Below are positions 26,158-34,552 of a stretch of 48,408 bases of DNA, piece by piece. Origin of the DNA: Candidatus Woesearchaeota archaeon (GTDB lineage: Archaea; Nanobdellota; Nanobdellia; Woesearchaeales; GW2011-AR9); the NCBI GenBank assembly GCA_018303045.1, contig JAGVYX010000013.1, positions 1 to 48,408 of the forward strand, written 5' to 3'. The notes beneath the pieces were generated by a model. The model saw only the letters and a program-made list of their open reading frames with translations. It was not told the origin of the DNA and searched no databases. The position numbers and the translations under genes are program-made. Each line of letters opens with the position of its first letter. The stretch's first letter is position 1.

Positions 26158-26262
26158 GTGGGGCGGCGTCTCCTGTTAAACTCCCTGAGCGATAGCGAAA
26201 GTGCAACGTGGTGCGAACCGCAGTGAGCAAGTTTTTGCGTTGCTGAGACTTTAGGAGCTAAC
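26158..26262. ncRNA. second GC-rich non-coding patch (possible small RNA or RNA remnant)
   Basis: It is GC-rich (ggggcggcgtctcc...gtgcgaaccgcagtgagc) and has a 6-bp gcaacg/cgttgc helix. T runs flank it on both strands. The fold is less convincing than for 25979-26109. Confidence 0.25.
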
Positions 26263-26338
26263 ATAGTTTTTTATTGCTTTAATTCTGATCAATCTCTGTG
26301 TAGCAGACTAGATTTGAGTCGTTAGGGGGGAGTTCCGT

Positions 26339-26875
26339 TTAGAGTCTTCCGTTATGCGTCGCCGTTGATACTATGGAGAAAATGTCTTTTTCCTCTTTTA
26401 ATGCTTGAAGTACATTCTTGAACATGAATGCTCCCTCAAATCCGGTTTTTTCTTCAATGCTTAGAAGCTCAATAATGTGACCAATGAATTCCACTGAATG
26501 TTCTCCGTATTTGTTTAGCGGATCATATCTTTTCAATTTTTCAGGGCTGGTAAACTTCAACTCACATTTTTGCTGTTCCGCTTTATTTTTGAACGGTTGA
26601 ATTTTATCATACATAGAGAATAAGTAATTTATGAATTCCAGAGTTAGTTCTCGGTCATGCTCTTTCTTAATGAGTAAGTCTATTACCCAATGGATATGTT
26701 TTGGCGTTCTAACTACTCTTTTGGTAAACTTATCTTTGTATTTGACAACAATGTCTAAGTCTGGATTTTTTCCTTTAGAACCCTGAAACACGCCAATAAC
26801 TGCTCCATCTTGTAGGTGAAATTCTTTGAAAGCTTGGACTTTATCTTTCTTTTTGGGTTTCCATTCCAGAACCAT
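26339..26875 (-). CDS. putative Type II restriction endonuclease (by position only)
   Basis: 178-aa ORF divergent from the RHH-methyltransferase operon. A possible D...ELK (PD-(D/E)xK-like) motif sits at YD...CELK. I recognise no family. Confidence 0.35.
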   Translation of the reverse strand: MVLEWKPKKKDKVQAFKEFHLQDGAVIGVFQGSKGKNPDLDIVVKYKDKFTKRVVRTPKHIHWVIDLLIKKEHDRELTLEFINYLFSMYDKIQPFKNKAEQQKCELKFTSPEKLKRYDPLNKYGEHSVEFIGHIIELLSIEEKTGFEGAFMFKNVLQALKEEKDIFSIVSTATHNGRL

Positions 26876-26960
26876 AAGAGCAGGAATCAGAAAACTTTAT
26901 AAAAGAGTTATGCATATTACTATTTATTAATAAATATTAGTAATGGGGAGGGGGGGTAAA

Positions 26961-27101
26961 ATGGGGAAAGTTCCACTGAATATCACTGTTGACAAAGAAG
27001 TTCTGGATAAATTTAAAGATTTCTGTGAAAATAATGATATGAAGGTTTCTACAAAGATAAATACTCTTATGAAAGAGTCGGTTGAAGGTAATGGGAAATG
27101 A
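26961..27101 (+). CDS. unannotated 46-aa ribbon-helix-helix (CopG-like) protein, probable controller of the R-M operon
   Basis: My own translation is MGKVPLNITVDKEVLDKFKDFCENNDMKVSTKINTLMKESVEGNGK. It has a beta-strand then helix-helix pattern and a gggagggggg SD upstream. Its TGA overlaps the methyltransferase ATG (ATGA). Confidence 0.6.
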   Translation: MGKVPLNITVDKEVLDKFKDFCENNDMKVSTKINTLMKESVEGNGK

Positions 27102-27898
27102 AAACAACTCATAAAATTATTATTGGAGACGCTTTAGAAAAGCTAAAAGAGATTCCCGATGAAAGTGTAGATTTAGTTTTTGCTGATCCGCCTTATAATA
27201 TGTCTAAGAAAAAAGGGCTGGGGTGGAAATACAGCAAGCATGTTACCATGCAGGAAGGATGGGATATTTTTACTAAAGATGAATTTTTTCAATTTAATGT
27301 AAAGTGGATTAAAGAGTGTATGAGGGTGTTAAGGCACGGCGGTAGCTTGTGGGTTTGTGGTTCTTTTCATAATATTTATCAACTGGGGCATATCATCCAG
27401 AATTTCACAGATCTGAAAGTAAATAATCATATAGTTTGGTTTAAGCCAAATGCCCAACCAAATATTACTTGTCGTTTTTTTACTGAAAGTGCTGAACATC
27501 TTATTTGGGCTTCTAAAAATGGAAATGGGATGAGATGGACATTTAATTATGAAGATACTAAAAATCAGATTTATGATGATATAAACCCAAAAGGAAAGCA
27601 AACAAGAAATGTCTGGAGCATTCCATTAACGCCCAAAAAAGAAAAATGGGCTGGAGAACATCCAACGCAGAAGCCAGAAGAATTACTAAGAAGGATAATA
27701 TTGGCTTGTACTAAGCCAGGAGAAACAGTTTTGGATCCATTTGTTGGCTCTGGAACTACCTCTGCGGTTGCTTTGACTATGAGAAGAAATTCTGTGGGGA
27801 TAGAAAAAGAAGAGAAATATCTTAAAGTAATTGAAAAAAGATTAAAACCGGCGCAGAAAACATTAAATGAAGAAGTAAATATACAAATATTCAATTAA
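27098..27898 (+). CDS. beta-class DNA amino-methyltransferase (N6-adenine or N4-cytosine)
   Basis: The N-terminal motif IV is FADPPYN and the C-terminal motif I is DPFVGSGTT. This order is characteristic of the beta class. Confidence 0.9.
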   Translation: MKTTHKIIIGDALEKLKEIPDESVDLVFADPPYNMSKKKGLGWKYSKHVTMQEGWDIFTKDEFFQFNVKWIKECMRVLRHGGSLWVCGSFHNIYQLGHIIQNFTDLKVNNHIVWFKPNAQPNITCRFFTESAEHLIWASKNGNGMRWTFNYEDTKNQIYDDINPKGKQTRNVWSIPLTPKKEKWAGEHPTQKPEELLRRIILACTKPGETVLDPFVGSGTTSAVALTMRRNSVGIEKEEKYLKVIEKRLKPAQKTLNEEVNIQIFN

Positions 27899-28104
27899 TT
27901 TTTCTCGGTTAAAGCCAACACGATCAATATACCAGCTAAGATTAAAATTCCGGTTGTTGCGAAATTTTCAACCTGCTTTCTTCTTACTTCACAAGGGGTT
28001 TCCTCTATCCATCTCTGGGTCTTACTGATCAACTGTTTAGTATTGATATATACTCCACTATCACCGAGCGGAACAATATTTTTTTCTATAATTTCTGATT
28101 TCAG
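27895..28104 (-). CDS. possible 69-aa tail-anchored protein with AbrB/MazE-like N-terminus (non-ATG start)
   Basis: The ORF reads (L)KSEIIEKNIVPLGDSGVYINTKQLISKTQ...TTGILILAGILIVLALTEKN. A strong GGAGGT lies 5 nt upstream of the CTG at 28104. An in-frame TAA lies just upstream, so only CTG, ATT or ATA could initiate. Confidence 0.3.
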   Translation of the reverse strand: MKSEIIEKNIVPLGDSGVYINTKQLISKTQRWIEETPCEVRRKQVENFATTGILILAGILIVLALTEKN

Positions 28105-28114
28105 GTTTTACCTC

Positions 28115-28309
28115 CTACTTTCTATTTAGTTCTTTTAGTAACAACCATGCACCAATACCAACTATTGCACCTAAAGTAAACTTTTCTAAATCTGTTAATT
28201 GTTTATTCTTAATTTCTAGGGGTAATTTATTTATCCCTTCCATTGCCAGTTTTTTTCTGGCTTCTACGATCATATTGTACTCTTCATCCGAAACTTTTAT
28301 TGTTGGCAT
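28115..28309 (-). CDS. small protein with RHH-like N-terminus and hydrophobic C-terminal tail
   Basis: 64 aa: TIKVSDEEYNMIVEARKKLA fits a strand-helix pattern, followed by FTLGAIVGIGAWLLL. Confidence 0.45.
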   Translation of the reverse strand: MPTIKVSDEEYNMIVEARKKLAMEGINKLPLEIKNKQLTDLEKFTLGAIVGIGAWLLLKELNRK

Positions 28310-28537
28310 TTTTAGGTATTTTGGTAACCTCGGTGGTTAAAAGTTACCCTGGTATTTGAATCTTGTGGTAAAAATAGATTAAAAATTCCAAGTTGTTATC
28401 TTTACGTCTCGTTTTTTAGTTTTTTGTTTAGTTAAATTTATGAATTCCCCCCGTTAAAGTAATAAAAAATTTTGTTTAGCATACGTTAGATTCAGTTTCT
28501 TATCACAGATAATCTTAAATAAGTTGCGCTAAAAATA

Positions 28538-28903
28538 TTGCTTATGGGGGTTATACAGCCAATTGATGCAATTATCTTTGATGCTGATGGCACCGGCATT
28601 AGAAAACCCAGTCCGGCGGCGATAGCTTACTCCTTAGCGCAACTAAAAGTAACCGGCAACAGAACTATGCATGTTGCTGATACAAGGGGAGATTTAATTG
28701 CATCCAGAGACGTTATCGTTCCAGGAAAGGAGTTTGAAGGCGGCCAGAATCTGTTGATGGTTGGCGCTGCCTGGGGCTATGAAGGCCGGGAATTGTTAGA
28801 GAAAGGCGGGGAACTGCCTGATGGCGCTAAAGTAGAATTTGATTACATCATTGACCAGCCGGAAGAACTGGTGGCTATTGTTCAAAAACATTGGCGAGCT
28901 TAA
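28538..28903 (+). CDS. cap-less/truncated HAD-like protein (possible gene remnant)
   Basis: AIIFDADGTG (motif I) runs almost directly into KPSPAAIAYSL (a motif III-like Lys). The motif IV region is degenerate (HVADTRGDL). The ATG at 28544 is the likely start. Confidence 0.45.
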   Translation: MLMGVIQPIDAIIFDADGTGIRKPSPAAIAYSLAQLKVTGNRTMHVADTRGDLIASRDVIVPGKEFEGGQNLLMVGAAWGYEGRELLEKGGELPDGAKVEFDYIIDQPEELVAIVQKHWRA

Positions 28904-29541
28904 ACCTTCTCCGCCCTTTTTTTCCTCACCAGCAGTTCAGCAACTTCAGGAAACATTTCCGTTTCTTCGCCAATATCATAGGGGCCGTATACTTTAAGGT
29001 CCTTCCAGACAAAGCTGGGTGTGGGATGAATAAAGCGGATCTTGGTTTTTTCCGCAGTTGCTGGCTTGTTTTCTTCGATCTTTTCTGTAACGACCATTTT
29101 TTTGGGCGCAGGATAATCAGCCATTCCCGGCAATTCTCCCTTAAATAAAGGGAATAATATCTGCTGGCGAGCGTGGTTAAACCGATCCAAAATGTTCTCA
29201 TAGAACTCTTTTTCTTCACGAAGCATGGCTCCGGTGTCGATTAATTCTGATCTGGTTTTGCTTTTGTTAAGGGCTATATCGATAATTTTATTTTCCCGCA
29301 ATTCATAAATTTCTTTTAATATTCGCCTGATGCTGCGCAGTTCATACTCTAATTTATCCTTCTCTCCGGCAGCGAAAATATTGGAGCTTTTTTCCTTCTC
29401 CTGCAATAAGGCTTGCTTTTCCCGGACATAAGAAACCACATCAATAAAGAAAGTGTTTTCTAAATTCTGCAGTTCGCCGCGTTTTTTTTCATTTCTTAAG
29501 ATGTCATACAACGTTTCCAGCGTAATTTTTATCGAGTCCAT
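28900..29541 (-). CDS. GINS complex subunit (Gins51-type)
   Basis: The N-terminus LYDILRNEKKRGELQNLENTFFIDVVSYV, a helical A-domain, and a C-terminal B-domain-like KVYGPYDIGEETEMFPEVAELLV are present. Confidence 0.7.
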   Translation of the reverse strand: MDSIKITLETLYDILRNEKKRGELQNLENTFFIDVVSYVREKQALLQEKEKSSNIFAAGEKDKLEYELRSIRRILKEIYELRENKIIDIALNKSKTRSELIDTGAMLREEKEFYENILDRFNHARQQILFPLFKGELPGMADYPAPKKMVVTEKIEENKPATAEKTKIRFIHPTPSFVWKDLKVYGPYDIGEETEMFPEVAELLVRKKRAEKV

Positions 29542-29601
29542 TGGCTATTGATAAACATCCACCCCCGCAACTTTTAATAACTAACTCGCTTATAAAGATA
29601 T

Positions 29602-29838
29602 ATGAATATTACTAATTATATCAAAAATAACAAACTTTCTTTAAGAGTAATTCCTCATTCTTCTCAATTAAAGCTAGTAAAAGAAAATAGCCAATTGAAG
29701 ATATATCTTACCGCAGTGGCTGATGATAATAAAGCTAATCTGCAATTAATTAAATTTTTTAAGAAAGAATACGGATTAAAAGTTAGGATCGTTTCTGGAA
29801 TGAAAAGTAGAGATAAGGTAATTGAAATAGTACAATAA
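29602..29838 (+). CDS. DUF167 (YggU) family protein
   Basis: LRVIPHSS...AVADDNKANLQLIKFFKKEYG...VSGMKSRDKVIEI matches the YggU pattern. Confidence 0.7.
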   Translation: MNITNYIKNNKLSLRVIPHSSQLKLVKENSQLKIYLTAVADDNKANLQLIKFFKKEYGLKVRIVSGMKSRDKVIEIVQ

Positions 29839-29871
29839 AGATTAAAAAGAACTAAGACTAGAATTAAAACC

Positions 29872-30456
29872 ATGGAATTTGTTGATGATAGAACTATTAA
29901 ATTAAATAAACCATTAAGTGATTTAGATTTGTTGGTCTTGCGTTTCATCAGAATTATTGAAAAATACGTTGAATACGTTATAATTAGCGGTTACGTTGCA
30001 ATTTTATTCGGAAGATCTCGAGGAACTGAAGATGTTGATCTGTTCATTAGGCCTATAACCGAGGACAAATTTATTCAATTATATCATCATTTAAAAGCGG
30101 ATGGTTTTTGGTGTCTTAATGCCGAAAGTGATAATGGGGTTTATGATTATGTTAAAGAATGGATAGCTCTAAGATTCGCTTTAAAAAACCAAACTATACC
30201 TAATTTTGAGGTTAAAGTCGCTAGAAAAAAATTGGATTTGCAAGTTTTCAATGATTTCATCACTGTGAAAACTGTTTCTGGCAAATTAAATATCTCTTCT
30301 TTAGAACGGCAAATTGCTTTTAAGAAATATTACTTAAAATCCGATAAAGATTTAGAAGATGCCCGGCATGTTGAGAATATATTTAAAGAGCATTTAAATA
30401 AGGAAAAAATTAAAAAGTACAAACATGATATAGGACAAGAATATGGAATTTCTTAA
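29872..30456 (+). CDS. putative minimal nucleotidyltransferase-fold protein
   Basis: SGYVAILFGRSRGTEDVDLFI fits the G[SG]-x(9-13)-DxD pattern. The evidence is weak. Confidence 0.4.
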   Translation: MEFVDDRTIKLNKPLSDLDLLVLRFIRIIEKYVEYVIISGYVAILFGRSRGTEDVDLFIRPITEDKFIQLYHHLKADGFWCLNAESDNGVYDYVKEWIALRFALKNQTIPNFEVKVARKKLDLQVFNDFITVKTVSGKLNISSLERQIAFKKYYLKSDKDLEDARHVENIFKEHLNKEKIKKYKHDIGQEYGIS

Positions 30457-30661
30457 ATCCTCGCCAGATAATCGGCAAGCCCGGCTGCTGTTTGTAGATT
30501 ACTGGGCTGATTTTATTAGAACGCATCCTGATGAAGAATGGGGCAGGCAGCATACTAATTTTATTAATAGCCTGATGCAAAATGCTAAACATTATCCACT
30601 TACCGCCAAACAATACTTGGAAATTAAGGAAGAAGTTAAGAAAGAAAATCTGCATCCTTAA
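30443..30661 (+). CDS. hypothetical small protein (overlaps the upstream gene by 14 nt)
   Basis: 72-aa ORF with no motif I recognise. Confidence 0.4.
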   Translation: MEFLKSSPDNRQARLLFVDYWADFIRTHPDEEWGRQHTNFINSLMQNAKHYPLTAKQYLEIKEEVKKENLHP

Positions 30662-30665
30662 TTAT

Positions 30666-31670
30666 TTATAAAGATATTATCTCAATCCTAGCTTGTCTCA
30701 GCAATTTCTTGCCGTCATCGTCAGGATAATTCATTTTACTGATTACTTTTTTTATTCCGGCATTAATAATCATTTTGGCGCAAACCACGCAAGGGGTAAA
30801 TGTCATATACATAATTGAATCCTTGGTAGAAACGCCGTTATAAGCCGCCAGGGCAATAGCATTTTCTTCGGAATGGCAGCAGATGCACGGTTCCTGGTAA
30901 ACGCCAGATTTCATTTTTCCCAAATGGCGGGAAGTGCAGCGCTGGCAACCGCCATCAATACAATGCTTAATTCCTCTGGGCGAGCCATTGTAGCCGGTAG
31001 ACAAAATCATTTTATCCCTTACCAGAAGGGCCCCTTTTTTTGCTGATAAACAAGTAGACCTCAATTTAACCTGCTCGGCAATATTCATAAAATAAGTATC
31101 CCAATCCGGCCTTGCTGATTGCAATTGATATAAATGATCCTGGACTAGTCTTTCAACTTTGGTTTTTAGCTGTTCTTTGCTGGCATCATTGGCCAGAACT
31201 ACTTTAGCCATCTTGGTTACTTTATGCAATTGCTGATTGTTAGCTTCATCGCTGGACTCAATCCTTTCTTTTTCTTTCAGCTCGGTTATCGTTTTTGGGT
31301 CTTCTTCGCGGTTTCGTTGGATAATCCGCTCCAATCTTGTTTTATCGGGGGCAACGACATTAACCAGCAAGAAATCCTTTCGTTGTTGCAGTAACGAAAC
31401 TTCAGAAGAATTTCTAATCGAGGTAAAAACGTAATTTTCTCCATCCTGCGCTGTTTCTAAAGCTTTTCTAGCTAGGATATCCGCGCCAAAGGCGGTTCTT
31501 AATTCATTGCCCGCTTTTATGAGGATATCTCTGGTAATTTTTTCTCTTCTTGTTTTGACTTCTGCCCGAATTAAATCAGAAAAAGAAACATGATAAAAAT
31601 TCATCTCTTTAAGTATCTCAGCTACACTATCCTTTCCGGAACAAAATAAGCCAGTAACACCAATAATCAT
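30666..31670 (-). CDS. P-loop kinase-like domain fused to dCMP deaminase
   Basis: The N-terminal P-loop is GVTGLFCSGKDS. The C-terminal CDA zinc motifs are CHSEENAI and PCVVCAKMI. Confidence 0.8.
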   Translation of the reverse strand: MIIGVTGLFCSGKDSVAEILKEMNFYHVSFSDLIRAEVKTRREKITRDILIKAGNELRTAFGADILARKALETAQDGENYVFTSIRNSSEVSLLQQRKDFLLVNVVAPDKTRLERIIQRNREEDPKTITELKEKERIESSDEANNQQLHKVTKMAKVVLANDASKEQLKTKVERLVQDHLYQLQSARPDWDTYFMNIAEQVKLRSTCLSAKKGALLVRDKMILSTGYNGSPRGIKHCIDGGCQRCTSRHLGKMKSGVYQEPCICCHSEENAIALAAYNGVSTKDSIMYMTFTPCVVCAKMIINAGIKKVISKMNYPDDDGKKLLRQARIEIISL

Positions 31671-31679
31671 GAAAGCGCC

Positions 31680-31715
31680 AACTTCAATAGAACCACCAGC
31701 TTTAATAGAGCCACC
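31680..31715. repeat. 18-nt x2 tandem repeat immediately upstream of the deaminase start
   Basis: aacttcaatagaaccacc and agctttaatagagccacc match at 15 of 18 positions. Confidence 0.8.
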
Positions 31716-31944
31716 GTCAATTTACGAGCGATTAATTGCTTACAGAAGAGCATGTGGAAGGGGATGTTCCTTACGGGAAGGAGCCACATTCCATAATAAC
31801 TTCTATTGAGCAAGTTTGACGTGGTTCTTTCTCTCCAAAAATTAATCATCAACTACTTCGGAATAGAGTTGCTTAAAAATATTTTGATGGCCTAAAAGTA
31901 ATTCTGCAAGAGAGAAAGAGATTTAAATTAAGGCCATTATCATT

Positions 31945-33033
31945 TTGGAGATGGAGCAATATCATGTTCTTCTAAAACGGTTGCTGGCTGTCGGCGACAG
32001 ACAATATAATGAAAGAACCGGCCACTTGATGCTTGGCAAGGCCGGACACCAATCGGTTTATGACTTAAGAGCAGGCTTTCCGGCTACCACAACCAAGCCC
32101 TTGTTTTTTAGAGGGGTGGTAGAAGAATTATTTTGGATGGCTCGCGGGGAAAGAAATGTTAAAGGATTAATTGACCGGGGGATACATATCTGGGACGGCA
32201 ATGCTTTTGATCATTATGTAAAGAGAAACAAGCTTGGCATTAAGAAACACACTCCAGAATGGAACAGCCGTATGGCTGAATATATCCAAAAAATTGAAGA
32301 AGATCCGGAATTCGCCGCGAAGGAAGGAGATTTAGGCCCCATTTATGGCCATCAGTGGAGAAACTGGACTGGATCTGATGGCAAGAAAGTTGATCAATTA
32401 AAAGATAACGTTATTGGGGGATTAAAAAACTTGCCGGGAACAAGGTATGCGCTCTTAAACGCCTATAAAGTCGATGAACTGGAACAGATGTCCTTGCCAG
32501 CCTGTCATGCTTTGGCCCAATTTAATATTTTTGAAAATAAGTATTTGGATGTTCAAATGTTCCAAAGGTCTTGCGATGTATTCTTAGGCGTTCCATTTAA
32601 TACGGCCAGCTATCCTGTGTTAGCAACGTTAATCGCGCAAGAACTGGGTTTAGAAGCTAGAGAATTTTATCACTCCTTTGGCAATGTCCATATTTATACC
32701 GGAGTGGCTCCGCGTTCCAACTTTTTGAGGGACGATGATCATTTTAGGGCATTTCAAAAGAAAGTTGCCAGTGTATCTGATAGAAATGATTTCATGGAAA
32801 TTAGAGAATGGTACCTTAAACATGCGCCTGCTGAAGGCGAGGGTCAGGAAAGAAAGGACCATATTCCATTCATTTTACAGCAGCTGGGGTTTGAACCAAA
32901 AAAACTTCCCGTGTTAGAGGTTTTAGCTAAGGATTCTTTTTTTGAATTAATCAAGAAGCCAGCTAAAGAAGCAGTAAGATTAAGAGATTATAACCCCCAG
33001 CAATGGGATTCCAAAGCAGAAATGGCGGCTTAA
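31945..33033 (+). CDS. thyA: thymidylate synthase ThyA with two large insertions
   Basis: DLGPIYGHQWRNW, the catalytic PACHALAQF, and QRSCDVFLGVPFNTASY are present. The ATG at 31951 is an alternative start. Confidence 0.9.
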   Translation: MEMEQYHVLLKRLLAVGDRQYNERTGHLMLGKAGHQSVYDLRAGFPATTTKPLFFRGVVEELFWMARGERNVKGLIDRGIHIWDGNAFDHYVKRNKLGIKKHTPEWNSRMAEYIQKIEEDPEFAAKEGDLGPIYGHQWRNWTGSDGKKVDQLKDNVIGGLKNLPGTRYALLNAYKVDELEQMSLPACHALAQFNIFENKYLDVQMFQRSCDVFLGVPFNTASYPVLATLIAQELGLEAREFYHSFGNVHIYTGVAPRSNFLRDDDHFRAFQKKVASVSDRNDFMEIREWYLKHAPAEGEGQERKDHIPFILQQLGFEPKKLPVLEVLAKDSFFELIKKPAKEAVRLRDYNPQQWDSKAEMAA

Positions 33034-33057
33034 TGAAAAAATGAATTAACAGAGGAA

Positions 33058-33582
33058 ATGAAGATGATTGAATTAGCAATAATTGCCGCAGTAGCCAAAG
33101 ACGGATATATTGGTTTGACTAAAGATGGTAAAGTCGGTTTTCCCTGGCCCAGATTAGAGGGCGATTTGCCGCGTTTTAAGGCCATTACCACTGGACATCC
33201 GATCATTATGGGCAGAAAAACTTATGAATCATTTCCTGTCCGGCCTTTGCCTGACCGATTAAATGTTATTTTATCTAACACTGCTGAATATTCCGACCCT
33301 GGCGTTATCGTAGTTAAATCGTTAGATGCAGCAATAGAAATTCTGGAGCACGGCTCTTTTAAAGGCGTTGATGCCAGCAAGGCTGTGATTATCGGCGGCT
33401 ACCAGCCATTTAATGAAGCTCTGGTTTCCAACCGCCTGCAGCGAATTTATTTAACTGAAGTGCATGGATGTTATGGCGGGGATACTTTCTTTCCCTATTT
33501 TGACCGAAGCCAGTGGCAGGAAGTGAAACGGGAAAAACATCCTCGGGGCACGCATAGTTATGTTGATTTAATTAAAAAATAG
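33058..33582 (+). CDS. folA: dihydrofolate reductase
   Basis: IIAAVAKDGYIG, LPRFKAIT, and IIMGRKTYESFP are present. Confidence 0.85.
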   Translation: MKMIELAIIAAVAKDGYIGLTKDGKVGFPWPRLEGDLPRFKAITTGHPIIMGRKTYESFPVRPLPDRLNVILSNTAEYSDPGVIVVKSLDAAIEILEHGSFKGVDASKAVIIGGYQPFNEALVSNRLQRIYLTEVHGCYGGDTFFPYFDRSQWQEVKREKHPRGTHSYVDLIKK

Positions 33583-33738
33583 TTTTGTCTAGATAGTTTT
33601 ATCTGGACAGCCTGGAAAACAAAAGGAAACAATATAGAGAAATGCGTTAATTGGTGTAAAATAATAACTCATTCCTAATATATCCTTTTGCTAAATTAAT
33701 ACACTAAAATACACTAAATAACACAAAGGTCTATAATA

Positions 33739-34428
33739 ATGGAAAAAGGCAAATTTATCGTAATTGATGGCGGAGATGGATCTGGTAAAAAGACCCAGTT
33801 GGATTTATTAGCAACGCGTTTGTGTACCGAGGGCCGTAACGTAGAAACTTTTGATTTTCCTCAATATGGCGATTGGTCCGCGCAATTTGTTGAAAAATAT
33901 CTTCGTGGAGAGTTTGGCGGAGTTAATGAAGTTAGCGCTAAAAAAGCATCCCTATTCTATGCTCTGGATCGTTTCGAAGCCGCTCCAAGAATTACTGACG
34001 GGTTAAATCAAGGAGCAGTTGTTTTATCAAATAGATATGTTTCGGCAAATAAAGGCCACCAATTGGGAAAAATTAATAATGAAAAAGAGATGCGGGAATT
34101 TCTTGGTTGGTTAAATGAACTAGAGTATGGAATACTAGGTATTCCCGTGCCAGATTTAACTTTATTTTTGCATATGACTCCAGAAATAGGGCAGGCGTTA
34201 GTTGATTCCAAGGGTGACAGAGCTTATCTCCAAGGAAAAAAAAGAGATATTCATGAGGCTGATATTAATCATTTAAAGAATGCTGAACGCGCTTATTTAT
34301 TTTGCTTGGAAAATGATAGCGCAGAAAACTGGAAAAGAATACTTTGTTTCTCCGGTGAACAGCCTAGGACCAGAGAAGCCGTTCATCAGGACATTTATAC
34401 TATTGTTACTGAGTTAATAAAAAAATAA
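33739..34428 (+). CDS. tmk: thymidylate kinase
   Basis: FIVIDGGDGSGKKTQ (P-loop), the DRF-like LDRFEA, and a lid region are present. Confidence 0.9.
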   Translation: MEKGKFIVIDGGDGSGKKTQLDLLATRLCTEGRNVETFDFPQYGDWSAQFVEKYLRGEFGGVNEVSAKKASLFYALDRFEAAPRITDGLNQGAVVLSNRYVSANKGHQLGKINNEKEMREFLGWLNELEYGILGIPVPDLTLFLHMTPEIGQALVDSKGDRAYLQGKKRDIHEADINHLKNAERAYLFCLENDSAENWKRILCFSGEQPRTREAVHQDIYTIVTELIKK

Positions 34429-34434
34429 TTAAAT

Positions 34435-34473
34435 TAGTATAGATAATTCTGTTAATTAGAGCACATTTTCGTG
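34435..34473 (+). promoter_or_regulatory. conserved ~38-nt box just after the tmk stop codon; copy 2 of 2
   Basis: See 3652-3691. Confidence 0.5.
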
Positions 34474-34552
34474 AAAACTATCTGACGATAACTCATTAAA
34501 TTTATGTATCCCAATCAAGGGAATTATCTATATAACTCCGTGAACAAGCATA

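Noticed and set aside
25904-26230. Track ORFs 25904..26143 (+) and 25970..26230 (-)
   Set aside because: Their translations are rich in Arg, His and Cys and lack any motif. The DNA is GC-rich and almost completely self-complementary, so an RNA element is the better explanation.
28891-29219. ORFs 28891..29148 (+) and 28926..29219 (-) overlapping the GINS gene
   Set aside because: The 213-aa minus-strand frame has the Gins51-like N- and C-terminal patterns. The alternative frames lack any features.
31667-31852. 61-aa minus-strand ORF upstream of the dCMP deaminase gene
   Set aside because: It lies in the divergent promoter spacer and overlaps the deaminase start out of frame. Its composition is implausible and it has no SD.
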